DNA of 48,427 bases, the filler included, from Jimgerdemannia flammicorona (taxonomy: Eukaryota): the NCBI GenBank assembly GCA_003990765.1. It is 2 parts of 2 records of this genome, joined end to end, with 100 filler letters (N's around TTAATTAATTAA, not from the genome) between each part and the next. Parts side by side here need not be neighbours in the genome. Positions count along the whole stretch, not along the records: positions 24,265 to 48,427 come from RBNJ01001015.1; 1 more part is not named here. One strand, written 5' to 3'. Made by a program: the position numbers and the translations under genes. The notes beneath the pieces are model-generated. The model was not told where the DNA came from. It did not search any database and worked only from the letters and a program-made list of their open reading frames with translations. Below, piece after piece: positions 30,381 through 41,019 of the stretch (positions are counted from its first letter, which is position 1; each line of letters begins with the position of its first letter).

Positions 30381-32534
30381 ATGGAAACGTTGCAACACAA
30401 GCCCACTACCTTCGGCGTCAAGCCAGACAAAGATCTCTCTATCAAATATTCCTCAAAGTCAGCCCCCCAACCGTCGTCCCAAAAACGCGCTCTAAAAGCC
30501 AACCCGATGACCGTGACAACCGACACAACCGTCAACACGCGTTCATCGCGCGCTCTCAAAGTCCAGCCGTTTCCCGCGACAATCGACACCACCACCAACA
30601 CGCGTTCGTCGCGCGCTCTCAAGGCCAAGCCACGAACCGCGACAATCGACAACACCACCAACACGCGTTCGTCGCGCGCTCTCAAGGCCAAGCCACTAAC
30701 CGCGACAATCGACAACACCGTCAACACGCGTTCGTCGCGCGCTCTCAAGGCCAAGCCGATAACGGCGACAATCGACACAACCGTCAACACGCACTCGTCG
30801 CAGTCAAAGCGCGGTACAAGTACGAAAGTATTCCACTGGATTAACACCGACACGGAAAACTTTGACCCTAACGCCGGGAGCCGGCCAACGCAGCGTCGTC
30901 GTCGCACCCAGCCGCAAGAGCTCGCCGTCCTTGAGGCCGCTTACAACGACAATCACCTGCCGGACTGGAGCGTGAAAGAATGGGTTGCAAAGCAACTGCA
31001 AATGACCACGCGCTCCGTCCAAATTTGGTTTCAAAACCGGAGGCAAAAGGGGAGAAAGCAGATGAAGGTTGTACGGAACAACCTTAGTGGTGGTATCCCT
31101 ACCAGAAGTTCGATCGATTCCGACAGCAACAACGTCAATACTACACGTGACGGCACGTTGAACCTACGCGTATACGGTAAGGCAGAAATTGCGAAAACCA
31201 TGAACTGCGTCGACATTGAGGGTATTGCAGGTGTAGGGCCGCAATGTGTCACGAATGAGGCGGCCAATCGCGATGTGAAGGAAAATGCTGAAACGCTGAT
31301 GACCAGTTTGACAGCACTGGAAAAGGTGACAGTGTCTGCCCTTATTAACCTTCAATACAATCCATCAATCTCTTCGTCTCCTTCGAGTCCTTCGTCGCCA
31401 AGGGGCCAAATCTCATCGCCACACGAGTGCTGTGGAATCACGGGCGCGCTTCCTGCCACTATCAATACCGCGCATTCCGATAACACACCCGCTTCTTCTT
31501 CAACATTGAAACGCAAAATGTTGAGTTCAACAGTAATCCAGGAGCTGCAACAACCTCAGCACAAATATGTCGCTCTCCAATCCGCAACTTCGGCGCACCC
31601 GGCAAGTGCTTTATTTGTGGACTATGACAAACCGCCTAAGCGCTCCAGGGGTTGTGACAGTTATGGCGGCGATAACGTTGATGACTCCGACAAGGAGAAT
31701 TGGGATCCGAATATTCTTTCGCCGTCCGGAATACCACAACCGAAGAGTCGTCGCATCATCCGCTCGTTCACGACGCCCGCCGCGCCACTCTCTATTTCTG
31801 CTAATCACAGAAGCACAACTTGCCATCCCGCCCCCCCGGGTCTCTACCAAACAACACCGTTTCCGTTGCCACCACGTTTGACCCACACAACTCTGATCGG
31901 CAACACCCCGTGGTCTCTGGGCATGAACCAAGGCATCCCCGATGCTTCCGCACCCTTGCTCGTGACTAACGCAAAAATTCGTACCGCGAAGCCGACCATG
32001 CAACGCAAAAGGCCGCCAGTGCACGCGATGGCGGAAAATTGTAAAGCCAGAGCGTCAGGAGCCTTGAACGATTTTTCCGGGAAAAGGAATTTGTGCTTCG
32101 CTGAGTTGGGCAAATATGAGCAAGTCGACTGGGAAACGATGGACGTTGACATGCCGATGATGGAGTTCGAGAAACCAGGATTTTTGTTGAACCCTCAAAT
32201 GAGCGCGAACACGACGAAGAGCAATGATACCTACGACATACGTTTTGAAGTTGATTCCAATAACAAGATTGACAACGACATCATCTCGACCATTACTTCC
32301 ACAACTTTGACGGCAAATGGCATGGCGTCGCGGGCGTTACAGGGCTCGTCCACCTACCGTAACTGCCAGGTCTCCAAATCACCTCCCGATATGGCAAGCC
32401 TACTTAATGAAGTTCCGCAGGAGCAAGGACGCATGGCTCAGCAGGAGTCAGAATCACGATCTTCATCGTCCGAGTTCGATTCGTTGGCTGTTCTATGCGA
32501 TACCGCCATCTTGATGGCAGAGTACCTGCCTTGA
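30381..32534 (+). CDS. Homeodomain transcription factor (717 aa, intronless) with N-terminal 21-aa tandem repeats
   Basis: Homeodomain RRRRTQPQELAVLEAAY...VAKQLQMTTRSVQIWFQNRRQK at ~30885-31064; open 2154-nt ORF; paralog confirms start and end. Confidence 0.93.
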   Translation: METLQHKPTTFGVKPDKDLSIKYSSKSAPQPSSQKRALKANPMTVTTDTTVNTRSSRALKVQPFPATIDTTTNTRSSRALKAKPRTATIDNTTNTRSSRALKAKPLTATIDNTVNTRSSRALKAKPITATIDTTVNTHSSQSKRGTSTKVFHWINTDTENFDPNAGSRPTQRRRRTQPQELAVLEAAYNDNHLPDWSVKEWVAKQLQMTTRSVQIWFQNRRQKGRKQMKVVRNNLSGGIPTRSSIDSDSNNVNTTRDGTLNLRVYGKAEIAKTMNCVDIEGIAGVGPQCVTNEAANRDVKENAETLMTSLTALEKVTVSALINLQYNPSISSSPSSPSSPRGQISSPHECCGITGALPATINTAHSDNTPASSSTLKRKMLSSTVIQELQQPQHKYVALQSATSAHPASALFVDYDKPPKRSRGCDSYGGDNVDDSDKENWDPNILSPSGIPQPKSRRIIRSFTTPAAPLSISANHRSTTCHPAPPGLYQTTPFPLPPRLTHTTLIGNTPWSLGMNQGIPDASAPLLVTNAKIRTAKPTMQRKRPPVHAMAENCKARASGALNDFSGKRNLCFAELGKYEQVDWETMDVDMPMMEFEKPGFLLNPQMSANTTKSNDTYDIRFEVDSNNKIDNDIISTITSTTLTANGMASRALQGSSTYRNCQVSKSPPDMASLLNEVPQEQGRMAQQESESRSSSSEFDSLAVLCDTAILMAEYLP
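30486..30800 (+). repeat. Coding tandem repeat 5 x 63 bp (RALKAKPxTATIDxTxNTRSS)
   Basis: Units start at 30486, 30549, 30612, 30675 and 30738. Confidence 0.95.
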
Positions 32535-33375
32535 GGCGGAGATTATCTAAATGCAATTGAAGTCAAGTTGTGAGAAATAAGTAAATCGAACTTGCAAGAT
32601 GCGGCCGTTAAAGGGTCCATTACGGATAACCGAACACAGATACACCTATTTGCACTACGTCGCTTACATTCTCCATTTCCTTTTATTTCTGGTTTACTGT
32701 TTTATGTCTATATTTGTGAGCCATTTTGTGTAAAACAATTTAATAGAATACAAGTAGAAATAAATACGTTGGTTTATGGCAATTAATAATAAGAGAAAAT
32801 AACCGTACCAAGAACCTGTTGTCTCGTTCGGGCTCGTCTTGGGTAGGAAGCTGGCAGGGTGGAAGTGTGGAACGCGTTTCAATGCACCACCCCTTCTAAC
32901 CACACGCATTGCATCGTATTCGACCCTGCTGCCCACATATCCAACTCTCCACCTACGAAAAGGGAGGTAAGAGAAAGAGTCCTGAATGTGATCTGGAAAG
33001 AGGTTTTGAGGATGTGTTGTGGGCGCGGAATTCGGTATATATGTATATATATATATTCAGTTACACGATTTGATTTTGTATCAAAAAATGCGGATGTAGC
33101 TCCCAATTTCGTGCTTACCCTTAGAAAAAAGGCGGACCCGAGTACAGTTACGGTGAATTTTTCTCCCCGCAACCGTATTGGTAAAAACAATTTATAAATA
33201 ATTATGGCAATAATAACCGATGTTGAAGTTTTCTTTCCACGACGAGGCTGGGTAAAAACAAAAACAACTACAAAATCAATGGCGGTTTCAAAACTCCAGT
33301 GTCAAATACTCCCTTTTAATTATTAGCCAGGCCTGACTCAATGCCTGAAATCTTAAATGATCTTTGACGTTTTCA

Positions 33376-34200
33376 CCCTGATGGCGTGGCATAGATCTTT
33401 GCGCCGCTTGTGCACGGGGAGCGATCCGATCCGTCTTTAGCTATTGGATGTTCTTGCGAAACGGACACAGTGCGAAAGTGCAGGCGAAATGGTGAGGGCA
33501 CGAGATACTGAGGGTTGGCGAGATACACATATGACATAACTGCGAAGTGAAAACAAAACTGTTGGTCCCATTTTCGTTGTCGATCCAATTTTTGTCATTG
33601 ATCTAATTTTGGCGAGTTTCAACCACAATTTGAAGGTTTGACCCTGATTGCATGCCATAGATCTTTGCGCCGTTTGTCCATCTATCTTTAATTTTGGATG
33701 GGCTTGTGATAATGGACATAGAACACATTGAATGCGAAAGTCGAAGGGAGACAGCGAAATGCGTGCGCGCTGTGAGTTGCATGCGGGTTGATGGGATGCA
33801 CATATGACATAACTATCAAGGGAATACGAAACTCTTGATACAAATTTTGTTGTCGATCCAATTTTGTCAATTCAATTTGTCAATCCAATCTTGTCAATCC
33901 AATCTTGTCAATCCAATCTCGTCAATCCATTCTTGTTAATTAAATCTTGCCCATCGAATCTGGTCATTTAAATCTTGTCAATCCAATCTTGTCAATCCAA
34001 TCTTGTCAATCCAATCTTGTCAATCCAATCTTGTCAAGCCAATCTTGTCAATCCAACCTTGTCAATCCACAATTTGAAGATTTGGCCCTGATAGTGTGCC
34101 GTAGGTCTGTGCGCTGTTCGTCCATTAATAATTATTTGTTCCGGTGTCCTTTTGGATGGGCTTATGAGATATGCGGTCTTTCTAGTGAAATACGTGTGGG
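33376..34200. repeat. Degenerate ~266-bp tandem repeat (about 2.5 units) with an internal 14-bp minisatellite (CAATCCAATCTTGT)n at ~33856-34068
   Basis: Units begin CCCTGAT..G..TAG.TCT.TGCGC at 33376, 33642 and 34086; ACATATGACATAACT and TTGTCGATCCAATTTT recur. Confidence 0.88.
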
Positions 34201-35319
34201 TGTACGTGATGCGTCTAGGCTGGCGAAGTTTTGTGCGAGATGGCGAGTTGCGTATGGAAAGTGAATTGAGTGAGACCTGACGAGATGCGTACGGGCAGGC
34301 GAACGAGATGCGGTTGGTGTGTGAGCTGGAGGGGCGGATGTGATTCTTGATGCCCATAAATAGTTCCCATTTCGGAAAGCTGATATTCCATTCGAGCACG
34401 AGATGGGGGACATTTAATAATCATTTTATATTTGGCAATTACTTATAGAAACTTTGCAAGCAAAACAATATATACTATGCAGTTCACAAACGACAACACA
34501 GCTCTTTGCAACGTTTGGCCATTTTGAGCCAATACATTTCGGGAAGATGAAATGATGGCGTCCGAGTTCGGGAGGCAAGGTATTTCACAAGAATTCTACG
34601 AAAAAACACATTAGTACAATTGCGGGTCGCAGGCAACCGCAGAGTTCTTTGCGTGTTTTGTCTATGGGTAACGAATACATCCACTCATCATGTTGTGCTC
34701 TATACTCACTTTTCTCCCCCTCCGTCCGTTTAAACATCTGCCTCTCCCTCTCCCTCTCCCCCAACAGCTAAACTTCCTCCTCACACGGTGGCGTCGTCGA
34801 CGGTCGGCCATCTATTTTTGGATGCGGTATGGCAAACGAACGCGGGCCATAGTGAATGCAAAAGTGGTTGTGCTAGTGTTATTGGTAGTCTTGGTTGTGT
34901 AGGTAGGTGGCAGCGGCGGTAGCGACAGCTTGGAGGTTAAGAAAAACGCGCGGCGACAATTGTTTAGTTGAAGTGGTAATGCTAGTGTTGTTGGCGGTTG
35001 ATGGCAATATTGGTTTGGTTGTGGTCGAGGCTTTGGTAATATTGTTGGTGGTCTGCTGGTGGAGGAGGTTAAAGAAACACTCGGAGCACAGGAGTTTTTT
35101 GTTGTAGTTTACACCAGATAGGGACGTCATCAGAGAAAATTCTATGAACACCGAAGAGTTAGAATATATCTGATACCCGTGATTTTTACGCACACATTCG
35201 TATTTTTACTTGATAACTATAATATAGAAATGAAAATATACACCAGCTGGACTTGTACAGCGGCCGCCGATCTTATCTTCCCCCGGCACCTTTCGACCCG
35301 AAGCCCATGCCCACCCGTC

Positions 35320-35400
35320 CATCCGAACCACGTCGCCCACGCCCCCCACCCAATCCACACTGCCCACGCCCCCCACCCGATCCACACCGCCCACGCCCTT
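35320..35400. repeat. 27-bp C-rich tandem repeat (about 3 copies)
   Basis: GCCCACGCCCCCCACCC(A/G)ATCCACAC repeated. Confidence 0.75.
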
Positions 35401-38400
35401 CACCTGAATAACAACTCCACCCGAATCAATTCCCTACCCACCAAACCCAACACCTCCCGATGCCTTCCACCCAAATGATGTCTTCACGCCCTTCATCCGA
35501 ACCATGCTGCTGCCCTCGTGCCCTATACCTGAACCACACCTCCACCCTAACCACACCACCACACGCACTCCACCGGAACCCCACCTCCATGCCCTCACCC
35601 GAACCCCACCCCTACACCGTCCAACCGAAAAACCTCCACGCCTTCCACCCAACTCACCTCCACTCCCTCTACCCAAGGTTGCTTCGGTCGCGTTAGAATG
35701 TTCCGTCCAACGTTTACAAGATGAACGCAATTTAGCAAGTTTTCAACAAGCGAGGGGCCTGAAATATTGAGCTGTGAAGGGTGGGCGGAAGATATTAGGC
35801 GTTGAAGCGCAGTTGTTGAAACATAGTCGAATAGGTAAGATGTACGGACGTATGTTACGCGTTTTCCAACGGCTAATGAGAAGGTAAGAAGTGCATGCGC
35901 CTCCCAAAGTGTTCGGACACATACCGCACTGCAAACTAGGCCGAGTCTGGAGCCAGGGATAGAGGAATTAGGTCAAGGGTTTGTGAATGGCGGGAGGCTT
36001 AGATCGCGAAGGGAAGTATTTGGTGTATATATGTGGCTTGGCAATTAGGTCGATTGATCACATGCTGGTGGCTTTGAAAACAGACCGCTCTGCAAGCTGC
36101 TCAAGCTACTGTTCCATCGTCATGTCGTCCATCGCCGTCCTCATCTCTCAACTATTAGCCACCCTACAACGGCCAATTGTCTTCCAGCATCCATTAGCCA
36201 TACCCTTCAAGATCCTTCGCTGCCCAGCTGCAATGCCTTCAACCGCCGTGACATTTCGCGCTGCGTGCAATCTACACCTCTTCGCCTAAAAGAATGTCTT
36301 TTCGACGTCGCCCATAATAATCTCTTAGCGTATATTCGTCCCGTAGCAGCGAATTACCACCGGTAAGCAAGTACGATTGTTAAAGGTTAATCGTCGGCCA
36401 GCGGCACACGTCGCCCAGCAACACATCGTCACCCAGCAGGAAATCCATTGGCCAGTAGCAAATCGTTGCTCAGCGTTCCCGTCGAGCCTGATATTTTGCC
36501 TAGGGAAGTTAGTTGTCGTCCGGCAGCAATGCGTCACTCGTAGAAGCTGGTCGTAGGCCCTGCTTCTTAATTATCCTACAGCAGTCGTCCCAGCTCCAAG
36601 TGGTCCAGCATTAATTCGTCACTCACTCAGTGTTACATCGCATCTCAGTTGTAAATCGTTGTCCAGCGGCCAATCGTCGTCCAGCGGCCAATCGTCGAAC
36701 AGTGGTAAATCACAAGCGGCAGGAGACGGAAACTGGGTAAAGGTGTCGTTCGATGACGTTATGTATATTGCAGAAAATATGATTGTTAACAAGGTAAAGA
36801 ACAGACGTTAATGTTTATGGAATGATATTCGACTATTTGAAATGCCATTAAGCTACAAGTTTAATAATGCCAATTTTATTTTATTTTATTTTTCCACCAG
36901 AACCAACCATAAGACCTGACGAACAACTGCTTCAAATCCAAAAGCAACTGTACCACAGACCAAGACAAGCTCTATGTATCTTGTTTCTTTCCTGTTCGGC
37001 GACTTCAAAAATGCATGCCTGTATCGGAAAACCTTCGCGATAATCTCCCTTGACGTCTCTAAGCACCTTATTGATTCAGTTGTCGATCGGCTCCATCCAT
37101 CTGCGCGTGCTATGCCTATCGAACACCGTGCTCACATCGCTCACGAGAGACTAAAGCATTGAGATCTTTCGTGCATTCGCCTGCGCAACCTCGAGCACGC
37201 AGAGCTCGATAACGTGCGTAACCTCGGTATTCTGTACGGGTACAACAACTATTTACGAGAAACTCCCTACGGGTTCCCTAGTGTGGTATACTGCGTGAGA
37301 GATCGTGGGTGAGATCGTGATGGCAACCCTGCTCCTCCTCAATTATTTTCTGGCATGTTATAACTGCTTAACAATAAATAGAGTACTAGGTGTCGTTGTC
37401 ACTACGGTCTGTATCTTTGTCAATTAGGAGACTCAGATTTTGTCGCCACCGCGTGGTATGTATGACGGACAAAATTACTTGCATGGCAAATGTGGAATGA
37501 TGCGGCGCTCCCGCCACCTTCGTCACAAAATCCTGAGACCGTCATTGAGTACCTGCGCCATAAATTTAAGTACATGCATGATGTGGTTTTACTATGTTCC
37601 GAATATTAGGCTCCAAATTTATCGGAATTATTTGGATGAGCCGATTCCCTGTTAACAAATTTCTGTCTTAAATTTCGATGGAGGAAATTTTACATTTTTT
37701 TAAAATAGTGTTGTCCGATATGAGGATCACATTGCAAAGCATCGGCAACAAAATGAAGATTGGAATTGCATTTTTGCTTCGGTTTCAATATTTTCCGATA
37801 CCAGACCTGTGATTTTGAAGGCTGCAAGTTCGGGTGGCTGACTGAAACGAGTCCGGCAAAGACCCTTTCTCAAGCTACAATTTTCCCGATACAATCAATT
37901 GGTCGAATGAAATTCCTGATAATCTGTGCATTAATATCACAACGATGACTAAATGTATTACTTTTAGCTAACTATGCTGAAATATCACATAATATCTTCA
38001 TAATGCTAATGGCAATCCATTTTATGTACGAACCAAAATAATTTTCATGTGTTTAATTTCCCGCACAAAGAAATTGCAGCACACATAACTGGCTCCGAAT
38101 TATGTATTTAAAATCGCCAGATTGATGCAAAGAGAGGGAGGGGCCGATTGCCTCATTATAAAATTTGTGCTGGAATCCTTTTCGTCATATTAGTAGGTGA
38201 TACAAATGGAATACATTTTAAATATTTCCTGATTACATATATTTTACAACAGCATTATTTTCATTACTCAGTTATTGTCGATTTCCAGGCCATCCTAATT
38301 TTTGTATTATCCCACACAAGAGTACAGCATTCAGCCTGCGTGGTTGGACCCTGACGTACGTTACCCGTCAATTTGCACTCTAAGACATTTCACCATCGCA

Positions 38401-38520
38401 TCATGACGTTGTTGGTCGTACGTCACGCGCTCTGATAGAGAAAAAAAAAAAACAGGATCTCAGCACGTATAGATTTCTCTATCTTTCCAAGACCAACCCC
38501 ACTTTTTCCAACCTACAACC

Positions 38521-41019
38521 ATGCTCAGAGACTTTGTTCAGGCGATTTTCGCATACATCTTTCAGCCGAGCCAAAACGTCCTTGTTGAAGGCGAAGGGTA
38601 AGTTCTTGATATTCCACCCTTGCCACCGAGTGTAGGACCTCGTTTCACACGTTATTTTAACTTCGCGCGGTTGTTTACGTCGCGCAGTTGTTTACGTTGC
38701 TCGGTTGTTTACCATTTGTGATTGTTTCTTTTGCTCTCTCACTCTTGCCTTTCGGCGACCTGCGTTCAGTGATATACTCGATACTGCACAGCCGGTTCGG
38801 GTCCCCCAAAGCACCGACACCACACCCACTGACCTCACCGACCTCACCAACCTCACCTACCCCACCGACCTCACCGATCTCACCGACCTCATCAGTTCCG
38901 TCGACAACAGCTCAGTACCCGACCATGTCAACCCCGCCATTTCCGACGTCACCGACACCCTTTCCGTGACTGTCAGCGAAGTCCAACCGGCTGAGGGAAT
39001 CGACGTCTCCAACCTCACTCCCGAACTTAATGTTGCCACAATTCGGACCACCAAGGTCAATACCCCGCGACGCAGGAAGCCTCTTCTGCTCCCGCCGTCG
39101 GGGTATTTCAAGCAAGCCGAAGAGCCCAGGGTCGAGAGTACTCCCCTGGCCGAGCTCCCACATACATCACCGCCGTTGCCCACGAAATGTGAGTCTGTCA
39201 TTGTTCGATTTATGATTTGGCGAAAGCGGTTGCCGTCCTAACATTTAATTCATATATTCATTTGGTTTGTGTATAGTCGTGCGGGACTCTTGCGGAGAGC
39301 GAATCATGGAATATATGTGGGAACTCGAACAATCCAAGACAAAGAGCGCGGTATGTTCTGGGTACATCAGTAGTAGTTCTGGCTCCTACAACATTGTTTT
39401 GCTAACTATAGAAATTCTATGATTGCCTCTTCTAGGATGTCGATCGCCAAATCGCCGACGATCTCGTGGATGACATTCCGCCTGCCCACTTCGCATACGA
39501 CCAGCCGTATGAGGCACGCCCCGCCCTGGTCGTCAAGAGTGCCGTTGAGGAGTTCTGCCCAGCTGTGGCCATGACCGAGTCGGAGGCAACGACGTCATGC
39601 TCCATCGCCAACGCTCCCATCGCGTGGTCAATGACCAAACGACTCTCCAGGCAGCTTACAATCCTCAACGTGCACAAAAGCGCGACTAACATCCTCCAGC
39701 CAAGCCTTGACAACGGGACCAGGACAGCCGTCCGACACGCGAATAACCCGTCAAGGACTAAAGCTGCTTGGCCAAAAGAAGAGACTATTGTCGGCGTGTC
39801 GTCCCTTCTCTCGCAGATAAACGACAAGGATACTAGCATCCTCCGGCCAATGCAAGAAAGCGCTAGCAGCATTCCCCCCCCGAACGATAGCTGCACGACC
39901 AGCAGCGTAGCTCGACCCGTCAAAAAGGCTACGTCTCGGGCCAAATGTGCGTTGCCCAAATCGGAGGGAACTGGCGTCGTGTCGCCCCCTATTCCGGCGA
40001 TACAAGGCAGCGCCAGCGGCGTCCTCCCACCGAACGATGCCAACACGACCAGCAGCAACGCTCGACCAGTCAAAAAGGCTACGTCTCGGGCCAAATTTGC
40101 GCGGCCAAAATCGGAGGGCATTGTCGACGTATCGGCTCTTCTTCGGCCGATACAAGATACCGCAAGTAGCATCCTCCCACCGAGCGATATCAATACGACT
40201 AGCAGCGTTGCACCACCAGTGAAAAAGACTACGACACGGGCCAAAGTTGCGTGGCCAAAATCAGAAAGCATTGTCGCCGTTTCGCCACCTCTTCGGCCGA
40301 TTGACAACAGTGCAGGCAGCATCCTCCCGCGGAGCGATAACAACATGAACATCGGCATCCTCCCGCCGGGCGACAACAACATGACAGTTAGCGTCCACCC
40401 GCTGAGTGACGACAACATGACCATCGACATCATCTCGCCGAGTGATGACCACATGACCGGCAGCATCCTCCCGTCGGGCGATGACAACGTGACCATCAGC
40501 ATCCTCCCGTCGAGCGATGATAACACGACCAGCAGTACCCTCCGGTCGAGCGATGTTAACACGACCAGCAGTACCGTCCCGCCGAGCGATAACAACGCCA
40601 CCAGCAGTGTCGCTCGACCTGTGAAAAAGGCTACGTCACGGGCCAAATTTGCGAGGTCAAAATCGGAGAGCATTGTCGTCGTCTCGTCCCCTCTTCGGCT
40701 GATACATGGGGACGGGACAAGCATCCTCCCTCCGATTTATGACAACGAAAGGAACGCAGTACTTGGTGCCACAATTGGTGGGCAATCTCAACCACAAATT
40801 CCGGTGGTCGCGCCACCAAATAGTGAGGTGCCGGCCCAGGCCACTGGTTTTGTGAGACCGCCGCCGAAAATGGCATTCTCACGTATCAAATCGAAGAGGC
40901 TAGCACAGGCGAATGGGGTTGGTGGGTCGGGCTTACGGCCCCCGGCCCCGCCCAATATTTCTACAGCCTCCGTCTCACAGCATATTCTCCCGTCCTCTGA
41001 CTCGTCGATGCAATATTAA
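38521..41019 (+). CDS. Uncharacterised repeat-rich, probably disordered protein; 4 exons: 38521-38597, 38770-39188, 39277-39350, 39436-41019 (~717 aa)
   Basis: Donors GTAAGT, GTGAGT, GTATGT; CTAAC branch sites in introns 2 and 3; all three junctions keep frame and join ORFs 38705-39241 and 39466-41019. Confidence 0.8.
39835..40740 (+). repeat. Coding hierarchical repeat: 150-bp (50-aa) units with an internal run of 36-bp (12-aa) subunits
   Basis: TTSSVARPVKKATSRAK..PKSE recurs near 39900, 40050, 40200 and 40600; SILPxSDDNxTx is repeated ~8 times at ~40318-40600. Confidence 0.92.

Larger units (their letters stand above)
26030..33030 (+). repeat. Diverged tandem segmental duplication (unit 1 ~26030-28770; unit 2 ~29180-33030) carrying the homeobox gene and its flanks
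   Basis: Shared blocks: TGCATTTGGCGAAAG..A.TATCCAGTGAGGAAATAT (~26397/29741), TAGT.TTGGCTTAC (26181/29472), GAACTTGC.AGA.GC and GAACACAG.TACACC downstream. Boundaries approximate. Confidence 0.85.

Noticed and set aside
30374..30907. Antisense and alternative-frame ORFs over the 63-bp repeat
   Set aside because: They are by-products of a stop-free tandem repeat within the homeobox CDS.
27106..32534. Calling the homeobox pair a mating-type HD1/HD2 locus
   Set aside because: The two copies are same-strand paralogs, one dead, and no HD1-type homeodomain is visible; kept only as a hypothesis.
33856..34068. CRISPR array or telomeric repeat
   Set aside because: Contiguous 14-mers without unique spacers, no cas genes, eukaryotic context; the unit derives from the local 266-bp repeat.
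34484..35200. Possible minus-strand gene with an intron (GTGAGT...TACTAAT...TAG) and a faint Myb-like look
   Set aside because: Splicing did not give a convincing open product and no motif is recognisable; at most a decayed gene.
39432..40724. 430-aa hydrophobic minus-strand ORF resembling a membrane protein
   Set aside because: It is the antisense of the repeat region; the plus strand has a coherent exon-intron structure.
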